A stretch of 48,422 nt of DNA from Candidatus Micrarchaeia archaeon (lineage in GTDB: Archaea; Micrarchaeota; Micrarchaeia; CAILAH01), in NCBI GenBank assembly GCA_038740245.1, contig JAVYLZ010000003.1:1-48422 (forward strand), read 5' to 3'. The notes beneath the pieces are model-generated. The model did no database searches. It was not told the DNA's origin and worked only from the letters and a program-made list of their open reading frames with translations. Every line of letters begins with the position of its first letter. The first letter of the stretch is position 1. The translations under genes were made by a program, and so were the position numbers. Shown piece by piece: positions 24,471 to 32,512 of this stretch.

Positions 24471-25988
24471 CTACAGGAATGCTTCCACATCCTCTTTTTT
24501 GCGTGCCTGCTCCAGCTCATACTTCTTGGCAAGTGATTCCAGATCCACGGTATCAATGCTTATGTCCGCATTGCGCTTGCGCACGCGCACGAATATTGGC
24601 TGCACCACCGCCTCGCCGACAATAAGCGCTTCGCCAACCTTGAGCGTGGTTATGCTGTTGAGCATGTAGTTGTCTATGCCCTCACTGCTCTCACCGATGT
24701 GCTTTATGTCGTAGGGGTTTGTTACGCGCATTATAATGTGCGTGTTGCACTGCGACAGCGCGGTGGTGCTCAGGCGGACCGGCCTCTGCGAGATAAGGCA
24801 CAGCGATGCGCCAAACTTGCGCCCCTCACGGGCGATGCGCTCAAGCTCGTGCTTGGAAAGCATATCCTCGCGCTTAACGCTTTCAGCAGCAAAATTGTGG
24901 GCCTCCTCCACAACAAGCACAAATGGCGGTACCTTGCCCTTCTTAACCGCATTGAACAGCCTGCGCGCATAATACGCAACAAGCATCTGCTTCTTTTTCT
25001 CGCCGTCAATATCGCGCATGTTTATAACACTGATATGGCCCGGCTTGACAAGCGATGCTATTGACGGGTCGTCCACCTTCCCAAAAACGCGCATCTTCTG
25101 AAGCGCATCAAGGTGGTCAAGCAGTGCATCACGCGGCTTTGCGGCGCCCTTATCCTCTATTGAAGTGAGGTCCAGCATAATGTCCTTGGGCGTGAAAAAC
25201 CTGTGCTGCGCCTTTGCCTGCTTCTTCAGCTCATAAAAGGTTGATGCAAGCAGCCGCTTTTGGGTGGTGCTAAGTGAATGGTAAAACGGGAACATGTCCG
25301 GCGTTGCGTTTTTTGTGCCTATGCGTATCTTTGAGGCATCATACACTGTAACCTTGCCGGCAAGCGGGCCGGACTTCAGCATCGCATACTCGCCATGCAC
25401 ATCAATCACAACTACCCCTATACGGCCGTGCTCAGGGCTGCGCGCAGCAAGCTCCTCAAGCAGCACGCCCATAAGGTATGACTTGCCCGCACCCGACATT
25501 GCAAGTATTGCAACGTGCTTCTGGAACAGCTTTGAGAGGCCAAGCTTGACGTCAACATCATGGTTGAGCAGCTTGCCTATGTTGAGGCCGTTCTCCCTGA
25601 ACCCCAGATATTTGGCGAGCATCTGCTCATCCACCTGGTGGACATCGCTGCCGGGCGGCGGGGGGAACGAGCACCTGTGCAGCACTTTCCCGTCGTAAAC
25701 GCCCAGTATGCGCGTTTCGGCAATCGTATAGCTCCATTCATCTATGGGAAAATGGGAGGAAAGCGCGCCTGAGCGCTCGTACCCGGCAACGCTCTCAGCA
25801 CGCTCAAAATACCTGTTTGAGCGGAATATGTCGCCTATTGAGGCGATAAGCCTGCCGCCTTCGTGCCCAACCTCAACAAACTGGCCCTTCCTGACCCTGC
25901 CCAGTGCATCATCGTTTATCACGAATGCGAACTTACCTGTATTTGGGCTGTCCATCATTGAAATTATGGTGCCAAGCTTGGTAGCCAT
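24471..25988 (-). CDS. HerA-like (DUF87) ATPase of the FtsK/HerA superfamily
   Basis: It has an N-terminal HAS-barrel-like region, Walker A (HVAILAMSGAGKSY) and Walker B (FVLVVEEAHNF), and continues ..LCLISQRP... No NurA gene is adjacent. Confidence 0.8.
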   Translation of the reverse strand: MATKLGTIISMMDSPNTGKFAFVINDDALGRVRKGQFVEVGHEGGRLIASIGDIFRSNRYFERAESVAGYERSGALSSHFPIDEWSYTIAETRILGVYDGKVLHRCSFPPPPGSDVHQVDEQMLAKYLGFRENGLNIGKLLNHDVDVKLGLSKLFQKHVAILAMSGAGKSYLMGVLLEELAARSPEHGRIGVVVIDVHGEYAMLKSGPLAGKVTVYDASKIRIGTKNATPDMFPFYHSLSTTQKRLLASTFYELKKQAKAQHRFFTPKDIMLDLTSIEDKGAAKPRDALLDHLDALQKMRVFGKVDDPSIASLVKPGHISVINMRDIDGEKKKQMLVAYYARRLFNAVKKGKVPPFVLVVEEAHNFAAESVKREDMLSKHELERIAREGRKFGASLCLISQRPVRLSTTALSQCNTHIIMRVTNPYDIKHIGESSEGIDNYMLNSITTLKVGEALIVGEAVVQPIFVRVRKRNADISIDTVDLESLAKKYELEQARKKEDVEAFL

Positions 25989-26007
25989 TATCCTATCTTT
26001 GAATTGT

Positions 26008-26018
26008 AGAATATAAAA
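26008..26018 (-). promoter_or_regulatory. TATA-box-like element upstream of the HerA-like gene
   Basis: The minus strand reads CTTTTTATATTC about 20-30 nt upstream of ATG 25988. This implies a short or absent leader. Confidence 0.4.
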
Positions 26019-26059
26019 AGCAAATGTGGGGAGGTTTCCGGAATGCGCACTGCACCCCC

Positions 26060-26695
26060 TCAGCCGATAAGTTCGGCAATCTCATTGGCCGTGAGCGGCC
26101 CAACGGCGGCCTTATTGCCATACACGATTGTGGGGTACTCAGACACACCGTACTTCTTGCACAATGAAACGGCAATCGGGCTGTCAATGGTGCAGTCAAA
26201 GGAATAAACCCTGATGCGGGTGGCAAGGATGTCCTTTGCCTTCAAAAGCTCGCGGCCCTGTATGATGCACTTGTCGCCGCACTCCTTGTTGGAGTAAAAG
26301 TAAAGCACATCCTTATGGCTGCTGCCGCACGCATCGCGCATCCTGCTGCTCATCAGGAAGGACGCATACTCAAGCAGGAAATACTTGTCCTTCAATTCAG
26401 GGTCCGAAAAGCCCTTATTCTCCTCAAGGTAGGCAAGCTGGTAGCCGAGCTGCTCAGTGTCAGCATCAATCCTGCCCAGTTCCGAGCTGTAAAAATCGCA
26501 GAACTGGCTGTCATTTTCCATAAGGAAAAAAATCTGCATTGCGAGTGCATTGCTTGAGAGCTGTGATATCCTGCCCTCAATGCTTTCACCAACAATCCCG
26601 TCATATACTGTGCCAAGCATAAAGCCGACCGCAAACACCACTACGGTTATAACGAACGCAAGCACATACAGCGGCACATTCATCCTCCTTTCCAT
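26060..26695 (-). CDS. N-terminally anchored thioredoxin-fold-like protein
   Basis: The TM anchor is VPLYVLAFVITVVVFAVGFMLG. The C-terminal region has YFYSNKECGDKC and a cis-Pro-like EYPTIVYG. The CxxxC spacing is atypical, so this call is tentative. Confidence 0.45.
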   Translation of the reverse strand: MERRMNVPLYVLAFVITVVVFAVGFMLGTVYDGIVGESIEGRISQLSSNALAMQIFFLMENDSQFCDFYSSELGRIDADTEQLGYQLAYLEENKGFSDPELKDKYFLLEYASFLMSSRMRDACGSSHKDVLYFYSNKECGDKCIIQGRELLKAKDILATRIRVYSFDCTIDSPIAVSLCKKYGVSEYPTIVYGNKAAVGPLTANEIAELIG

Positions 26696-26699
26696 ATCA

Positions 26700-27905
26700 T
26701 CACCACGTCATTTTCTCCCTGAATGCCTCCTTGGCAAAGGCTGCCAGCCAAAACAGCGTCACAAGGTACGAATATGAGATTACATAAAGTATTACATCAA
26801 CGCCACTAATCCCCTCCTCCCTGAAATACTGGATGCCCATGTATATCCACCACAGGTTGATGAAGAAAAGGAGCATCCCGACAAAGGAAGTCCAGTTCAG
26901 GTTGAGCATAAGCAAAAACGCACCGGACTTGAGCGCATACGGCGGTGCAAACAGCCAGTACAACCCGACCATTATGAACACGGCAAACAGCAATGTGACC
27001 GCAACAAGCGTGAGCGGCATCACAATCATGCCCATATCACCATATCGCGGTCCGATCATCTCAAGGTATTTCAGCGAGTTGTGCAGGCCGCCCCTGTGCC
27101 ACCGTATCCTTTGCTTCAGCAGCTCGCCGAACGTATACGGGACCTCTGTGTAGACATCCGCGTCCATCGCAGAGCATATCTTCATGTTGTGCTTCTGCAT
27201 CCTCATGGCAAACTCCTGGTCCTCAAGTATATTCTTTTCATCAAAATAGCCTATGCGGTCAAACACTTTCCGCCTGAACAGGCTGAACGGGCCCGGGGTT
27301 ACATTAACAGCATCAATAAATGACAGCATCTTGCGGGAGAAAAGTGTAAATATGTATTCCGTCCGCTGTATTGAAGTTAGAAAATTGCTGCCCCTATGCG
27401 AGTAGGCTTTTACACTGGCTGTTACCGCCATAACCTCAGGGTCAGAAAAATACGGCAGCATGTTCTTGAGAGCACTTGGCGTAACATAAGAGTCGGCATC
27501 AAGCGTTGCTATTATATCCCCTGTTGCACGCTTTATGCCATAGTTCTTGGTGCCCGCAGCATTTCCCCCGTTCGGCTTTGTGAATGCGCGCACGCCCCGC
27601 TTTTCGTACTTTTTTGCAACCTCGTACGTGTTGTCCGTTGAGCCGTCGTCCACAACTATTATCTCAAGCCTGTTTTTTGGGTAATCCAGCGCAAGCAGTG
27701 ATTCTATGCACCGCGGGAGCGTGTCCGCCTCGTTGTATGCGGGCACTACCACAGATACCTTGGGCCTAAACTTGGGGTCCGCACGCGGCTTTTTCAGCAC
27801 CTGGCTCTCGTGCTTGAAATACAGCAACGCGTAAAAGACCGTTATGTACAGTGCAACGAAAAGCACCACCATCTCTATTATGCGTATCTCAGTTGGCAGC
27901 AGCAT
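26700..27905 (-). CDS. Membrane-integrated family 2 glycosyltransferase, processive type with a QxxRW motif
   Basis: Motifs present: VSVVVPAYNEADTL, VVDDGSTDNT, LDADS and QRIRWHRG, flanked by TM segments at both ends. ATG 27905 was chosen. Confidence 0.85.
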   Translation of the reverse strand: MLLPTEIRIIEMVVLFVALYITVFYALLYFKHESQVLKKPRADPKFRPKVSVVVPAYNEADTLPRCIESLLALDYPKNRLEIIVVDDGSTDNTYEVAKKYEKRGVRAFTKPNGGNAAGTKNYGIKRATGDIIATLDADSYVTPSALKNMLPYFSDPEVMAVTASVKAYSHRGSNFLTSIQRTEYIFTLFSRKMLSFIDAVNVTPGPFSLFRRKVFDRIGYFDEKNILEDQEFAMRMQKHNMKICSAMDADVYTEVPYTFGELLKQRIRWHRGGLHNSLKYLEMIGPRYGDMGMIVMPLTLVAVTLLFAVFIMVGLYWLFAPPYALKSGAFLLMLNLNWTSFVGMLLFFINLWWIYMGIQYFREEGISGVDVILYVISYSYLVTLFWLAAFAKEAFREKMTW

Positions 27906-27968
27906 CCGCACTAAATACGCAGGCAAACATTTATAATTGGGGGCGATGAATGGGGCTGCCAAATTGCA

Positions 27969-27983
27969 AATAGTTAAAAGGGG
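27969..27983 (+). promoter_or_regulatory. TATA-box-like element upstream of tRNA-Arg
   Basis: AAATAGTTAAAAGGG is centred about 28 nt upstream of the tRNA 5' end (28005). Confidence 0.4.
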
Positions 27984-28004
27984 GCGTGCACCATAATATC
28001 CTGG

Positions 28005-28185
28005 GGCCCGTGAGGTAGCCTGGATAGCCTACAGGGCTTCGAATGCCCCTCCGCACCGTGCGGAGCACGGGGGTTACCCTGGAGTATGGGTTCAAAGCAG
28101 GGGATCTGCCGCCCCTGCAACCCCAGGCAAGTGCTTGGTGTTGCGATGCGGCTGATTTGCTCATCGGAAATCCCATCGGGCCCGT
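28005..28185 (+). tRNA. tRNA-Arg (anticodon UCG) with two introns: 28044-28076 at position 37/38 and 28098-28171 at position 59/60
   Basis: Hand fold: the acceptor stem GGGCCCG/CGGGCCC pairs 7/7. D-arm is AGGT-AGCCTGGATA-GCCT. Anticodon stem is CAGGG/CCCTG with loop CU-UCG-A..A. T-stem is ATGGG/CCCAT with loop TTCAAA|intron|T. The discriminator is G. Confidence 0.75.
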
Positions 28186-28290
28186 TTCTAATTTTTGCCC
28201 GTAAATTTGTATTTCAATTCCGCGTCAGCGGAATTACCAGGGGGTGCGGGGAATGGAATGCCCCGCATCGGGCCCGTTTCTAATCTTTGT
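28175..28290 (+). repeat. 24-nt direct repeat (1 mismatch) duplicating the tRNA-Arg 3' end plus flank, with copies 92 nt apart
   Basis: CATCGGGCCCGTTTCTAAT(T/C)TTTG occurs at 28175-28198 and 28267-28290. The segment between holds the hairpins AATTCCGC-GTCA-GCGGAATT (28217-28236) and GCGGGG-aatggaatg-CCCCGC. Confidence 0.9.
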
Positions 28291-28332
28291 TACCAATTTT
28301 CGCAATTGAAGCCGTCGGGCATGTGTGATATA

Positions 28333-28342
28333 TTTATATAAT
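28333..28342 (+). promoter_or_regulatory. TATA box upstream of tfe
   Basis: TTTATATAAT lies about 30-38 nt upstream of ATG 28371. Confidence 0.5.
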
Positions 28343-28370
28343 AGCGCTGCCTAAAATAGGCGTGTGCGCT

Positions 28371-28937
28371 ATGGATGATACCAAGAAATTCATAGGGCGC
28401 GAGGGAATACAACTGTTTTTGAAATCGGTTGGAGGGGAACTCGCTCCAAAGCTCGTCGCAAATATGCTTGAGCCGATCAGCGATGAAGACCTTGCAGAAA
28501 AATGCAACATGCGCGCAGCGGATGTGCGCATGGTGTTAAATAAACTTCACAGCAAGGGCATCATTGACTACAACAGGTCCAAGGACAAGGACAGCGGCTG
28601 GTATTACTACGGGTGGTTTTTGCGGCCTGACAAACTGTTTGAGGCGTATGTTGAGCACAAGAAGCGCGACCTTGAGACCATAGAGGAGCGCCTTGAGAAC
28701 AACGAGATGTACAGCGTCTACATATGCAGGAAATGCGAGCAGACCTATGATTTTGACAGAGCTTCTGAACTGCTATACCACTGCCCCCTCTGTGAATCCA
28801 TCCTTGACAGGAGCATCACTGAGGATGACCTTAGGCGAATGTCAAAGATATCTGCGGCCATAAAGAAGGAAATTGAGGAGATAGGCAAATTCTCCTCTCT
28901 GCTTAACAAAAGATACAAGTCAACAAAAGTGCTATGA
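28371..28937 (+). CDS. tfe: Transcription factor E (TFE, TFIIE-alpha homologue)
   Basis: The winged helix reads ..ISDEDLAEKCNMRAADVRMVLNKLHSKGIIDYNRSKDKDSGWYYYGW. The zinc ribbon is CRKCEQ...YHCPLCES. Confidence 0.85.
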   Translation: MDDTKKFIGREGIQLFLKSVGGELAPKLVANMLEPISDEDLAEKCNMRAADVRMVLNKLHSKGIIDYNRSKDKDSGWYYYGWFLRPDKLFEAYVEHKKRDLETIEERLENNEMYSVYICRKCEQTYDFDRASELLYHCPLCESILDRSITEDDLRRMSKISAAIKKEIEEIGKFSSLLNKRYKSTKVL

Positions 28938-28979
28938 TTATAAATTGCACTTCCCTAACTTTCCCTGAAAGGTGTTCTT

Positions 28980-30302
28980 TTGGAACTTGACCTTGGCAGG
29001 CGCATACGCGGGGCCATTGCGGCGTTTACGGGCAAGGCGCTTATTGATGAAAAGGCGGTTAAGGAACTGGTCAGGGAGCTGCAGCGCACGCTCATAAGTG
29101 CTGATGTTGAAGTCCACCTTGTCCTGAAAATAACCAAGGAGATTGAGCGGAAGGCGCTGGAGCTTGAGGCGCACAAGGACCTTGCGATACGCGAACAGGT
29201 TGTAAAAATCGTTTATGATGAGCTTGTAAGCCTGCTTGGGGAAAGCTATGAGCCAACACTTGGCAGGAAAAAAATATTGCTTTTGGGCCTGTACGGCAGC
29301 GGCAAGACCACCACGGCCGGCAAGCTTGGCAAGTTCTACAAGAGCAAGGGCCTGCGCACCGCGGTTATATGCGCAGATACTGACAGGCCGGCCGCATATG
29401 AGCAGCTTGAGCAGGTATGTGCAAAAGCCGGCCTGCCGTTTTACGGCGAGAAAGGGCACAAGGATTCAGTAAGGATAGTGCGGAACGGGCTTGCAAAGTT
29501 TGCAGAGTACGACGTAGTAATTGTGGACTCATCGGGCCGCAGTGCGCTTGATGAATCATTAATCAGGGAGCTGAAAGCGATTGATGAGGAATTGAAGCCT
29601 GACGAGCGGCTGCTCGTGCTCAGCGCTGATATCGGGCAGGTGGCGGGCAAGCAGGCGCAGGCGTTCAATGAGAGCGTGGGGATAACCGGCATCATTGTGA
29701 CAAAGGCGGACGGCAGTGCAAAGGCGGGCGGCGCACTCAGTGCGGCGCATGTTGCCAATGCAAAAGTGATGTTCATCGGCACAGGCGAGCACCTTGACGA
29801 TTTTAGGCCATATGACAGCAAGAAATACGTCGCCAAGCTGCTCGGCTTCCCGGACCTTGAGGCATTGCTCGGCAAGGTCAAGGAAATTGAGAGCGAAATG
29901 AAGCTTGACTCCAAGAAAGTGATGGAGGAAAAGCTCACAATGAAAACGTTCCTTGAGCAGATAAAAGCCGCAAAGAAGATGGGCCCGCTCAAGGATGTGT
30001 TTGCGATGATGGGCGCGCCGGACGTCCCGCAGGAGATACTATCTCAGGGCGAAGACAAGATGAAGAAGTTTGAGTCAATAATAAACTCAATGACGCCTGA
30101 GGAGCGCGAAAACCCGGAATTGCTCAAGAAGGGCAACAGGATTGTGCGCATCGCCAAGGGTTCCGGCACGCAGGTATCTGATGTAAGGGAGCTGCTGAGG
30201 CAGTTTGACATGATAAACAGGATGGTCGGCGGGTTCAAGAGCGACCGGGGCATGCGCAGGAAGCTTGAGCGCATGCTTAAAGGAGGCCAGTTCAAGTTCT
30301 AA
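28980..30302 (+). CDS. srp54: Signal recognition particle protein SRP54
   Basis: The NG domain shows LLGLYGSGKTTTAGKL, DTDRPAAYEQL, VDSSGR and TKADGSAKAGGALS. The M domain reads ..FLEQIKAAKKMGPL... It has an apparent TTG start. Confidence 0.9.
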   Translation: MELDLGRRIRGAIAAFTGKALIDEKAVKELVRELQRTLISADVEVHLVLKITKEIERKALELEAHKDLAIREQVVKIVYDELVSLLGESYEPTLGRKKILLLGLYGSGKTTTAGKLGKFYKSKGLRTAVICADTDRPAAYEQLEQVCAKAGLPFYGEKGHKDSVRIVRNGLAKFAEYDVVIVDSSGRSALDESLIRELKAIDEELKPDERLLVLSADIGQVAGKQAQAFNESVGITGIIVTKADGSAKAGGALSAAHVANAKVMFIGTGEHLDDFRPYDSKKYVAKLLGFPDLEALLGKVKEIESEMKLDSKKVMEEKLTMKTFLEQIKAAKKMGPLKDVFAMMGAPDVPQEILSQGEDKMKKFESIINSMTPEERENPELLKKGNRIVRIAKGSGTQVSDVRELLRQFDMINRMVGGFKSDRGMRRKLERMLKGGQFKF

Positions 30303-30307
30303 AGCGC

Positions 30308-31993
30308 TTACACTTTATAGTCAATTGTGGGGTGCTCGTGGCCCATCCGTTTCCTTGCAAGCAGCTCGCGTATATGCCTCGCCTTCTCTTCTCTGAACCG
30401 CTCCTTGCTTGCACCGTGCAGCTCAATGAGTGATGATGCGTGCCGCCCGCCGAGGAAGTGCGGCATTATGACATAATCGGCACCAGCATCGTAAAGCAGC
30501 ATTGCATCGTCAATCTTGTGCGCTGTGGCTATCAGCACGCAATCCTTTGGTGCACGTGAACGTATAAAATGCAAAAGCATTATTGTGGTGGACACATCAG
30601 GAATTGTTGATACTACCAGCCGTGTTTGTGAGAAGTCAAGCTCCTCCAAAAACTCAACATCGCTCGCATCACCGTAAACAACATTAACGCCGCGCTTCTT
30701 AAGCGATGCAACGATTGCCGGGTCATAATCAACAACAAGATGCTTGCCGGGAAGGCCTTTAAACGACTTGAGCACGTCATACCCTATGCGGTTATACCCG
30801 AACAGCAGCAGCTCGGGGCCTTTGCCCGTGCGCTTTGCCCTTGCAGTGCGCACATGGAACAGCATCTGGTAAATCCCGTCACCATTCGCAATTAGATAAG
30901 ATGAAAGCGTGATTGAGATTAGGCCGACGAGCACCACAAGGACCATCTGCGGGGTGGCAATATAGCCCATCCCCATGCCCACGCCCATAAGTATGAACGA
31001 AAACTCACTTACTTGTGAAAGCGACAGCCCCGTAAGGAATGCAGTGCGCTTGCCATAGCCCATCATGAATATAGGCAATGCTGTTGAGACGAGCTTTATG
31101 AGCATAACAAGAGCGGTGAGCGCAAGTGCGGCTGGCAGCACATTGCTGAGCGACTGCGGTGTGAGCTGGAGCCCGAGCGCAACAAAGAACATTATCAGGA
31201 AGAAGTCCCTGAGCGGCTTAATCCTTGCGGATATCTCGTGCTGGAACTGCGACGTTGAGAGGCTGATGCCCGCAAGCAGCGCGCCTATCTCAATGCCAAT
31301 CCCGAGCAGGCCAAACGCTGCTGAGACCAAAAAGCACCACGCAACCGTGAATATGAATAAAAGCTCCTGCGAGCTTGCCATGCGCGTGATGAGCGGCGGC
31401 AGCACGTAAAGCGAGATTATGCCTAGGGAGGCCAGCACAGCAACCCACTGGAAGAATATGTACAGGTAGTATTCAATGCCCGCCGAGTATGCCGAACTTG
31501 CAATTATAAGCGCAAGCACTGCAACAATGTCCTGCACAAGCAAAATGCCGAGGGATACTTGGCCGTGCAGCTTCTCAGAATCGCCCATATCAGTAAGCAG
31601 CTTCACGACAATTGCAGTGCTGCTGAATGAAAGTGCAACTCCCAGCAGAGTTGATTGCACCAAGCCGATGCCCATGCCAACGCATACCACTGCAACCAGA
31701 AGCGCGGTGAGCAGCATCTGGAGCACCCCGGCAACAACCGATACCTTGCCCAATTTTCCGAGTATTCGCAGGTCTATCTTGACGCCCACGATGAACAGCA
31801 GCAACGCAACACCTATCTCTGAGAATGCGGCAACATGCTCCTGCGGGACCTCAGCAGTGCCCAGCAAAAACGGTATTGATACGCCTGTAAGCAGGTACGC
31901 GATTATTATGGGCTGCTTCAGGATGCGCATAAGCGCTGCAAGCCCTGTCGCAAGCGCCAGGATTATTGCAATATCTATGAACAGTGATTCCAT
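30308..31993 (-). CDS. Kef-type monovalent cation:proton antiporter (CPA2) with a C-terminal RCK/TrkA-N domain
   Basis: It has about 12 TM segments of a Na+/H+ exchanger fold, followed by LLLFGYNRIGYDV....VVDYDP.......G..VVYGDA. Confidence 0.85.
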   Translation of the reverse strand: MESLFIDIAIILALATGLAALMRILKQPIIIAYLLTGVSIPFLLGTAEVPQEHVAAFSEIGVALLLFIVGVKIDLRILGKLGKVSVVAGVLQMLLTALLVAVVCVGMGIGLVQSTLLGVALSFSSTAIVVKLLTDMGDSEKLHGQVSLGILLVQDIVAVLALIIASSAYSAGIEYYLYIFFQWVAVLASLGIISLYVLPPLITRMASSQELLFIFTVAWCFLVSAAFGLLGIGIEIGALLAGISLSTSQFQHEISARIKPLRDFFLIMFFVALGLQLTPQSLSNVLPAALALTALVMLIKLVSTALPIFMMGYGKRTAFLTGLSLSQVSEFSFILMGVGMGMGYIATPQMVLVVLVGLISITLSSYLIANGDGIYQMLFHVRTARAKRTGKGPELLLFGYNRIGYDVLKSFKGLPGKHLVVDYDPAIVASLKKRGVNVVYGDASDVEFLEELDFSQTRLVVSTIPDVSTTIMLLHFIRSRAPKDCVLIATAHKIDDAMLLYDAGADYVIMPHFLGGRHASSLIELHGASKERFREEKARHIRELLARKRMGHEHPTIDYKV

Positions 31994-32017
31994 AGCGGAT
32001 TACATTCATACGGAAAG

Positions 32018-32027
32018 TTTTTATAGA
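32018..32027 (-). promoter_or_regulatory. TATA box upstream of the Kef-type gene
   Basis: The minus strand reads TCTATAAAAA about 25-34 nt upstream of ATG 31993. Confidence 0.5.
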
Positions 32028-32044
32028 TAGGATGCACTAACTCA

Positions 32045-32512
32045 ATAGGCGATGACGACACCACCCCAGATGAGCGCACCCTGTCGCGGCTTGAAGCGCC
32101 GCATATGGGGGTGTTAGCAATGACTGCCGGAGTAACTTCTGAGCCCATGCGAGGATGCTCGCGATAACGCGCTGCGCCGCATTTCCGCTGACGCGGGAAG
32201 CGATGCCTTTGGCTTCGCCAAAAGTGTGCCTCACTGTCCAGCGAATTATTTTTAAAAAATGTTTCTGATAGCTTCGCTTGGTTGTATGGGTTGCGAAGCC
32301 AAGCAAACCAAAAGGTTTGCGGGCAGTGTTGCCGATGGCAACAAGTTGTAGGCATCGCCTACAACCCCTTTCGCGAATGCGAAAGTGTGGGGGCGCTGGA
32401 ACCCACAAAATACGGTTGCTGGGCGTTTTGAAATGACCTTGCAAACTGACGTTTGCTGGCCACACGTGCGGAGCACGTGGTGGACTTCTAGCCCCCTTCG
32501 TTAGGAGTTCTG
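32045..32512 (-). ncRNA. Candidate structured noncoding RNA locus (one or two transcripts); identity and strand are unresolved
   Basis: At least ten short perfect hairpins lie within about 470 nt, and there is no protein-like ORF. A TATA-like ATTATAT (32534-32540) lies just beyond the upstream stop codon. A central T5A6 tract sits at 32248-32259. Confidence 0.35.

Noticed and set aside
28199-28290. The second copy of the tRNA-Arg 3' end considered as a split-tRNA 3' half or an alternative 3' exon.
   Set aside because: The nucleotides preceding the copy (..GCCCCGCAT) cannot form the T-stem partner (T-CCCAT) needed to pair with ATGG G. No T-loop is present either. It fits better as a direct-repeat footprint.
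31975-32476. Minus-strand ORFs 31975..32355, 32037..32465 and 32252..32476, considered as genes within the noncoding island.
   Set aside because: The translations are Arg/Trp/His/Cys-rich with no hydrophobic periodicity or motifs. The frames overlap each other. The DNA is dominated by palindromes, so the region is treated as noncoding.
32045-32512. Assignment of the hairpin island as RNase P RNA or SRP RNA.
   Set aside because: The minus strand has CTAGAAGTCC, which resembles the RNase P CR-I motif GGAAAGUCC, and a possible GGCTTC partner. However, the partner is not preceded by ACAGAA and lies in the wrong place, and a hairpin follows the putative P4 strand directly. No SRP helix-8 GGAAGCAGC-type motif is present. 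I left the region unassigned pending a covariance-model search.
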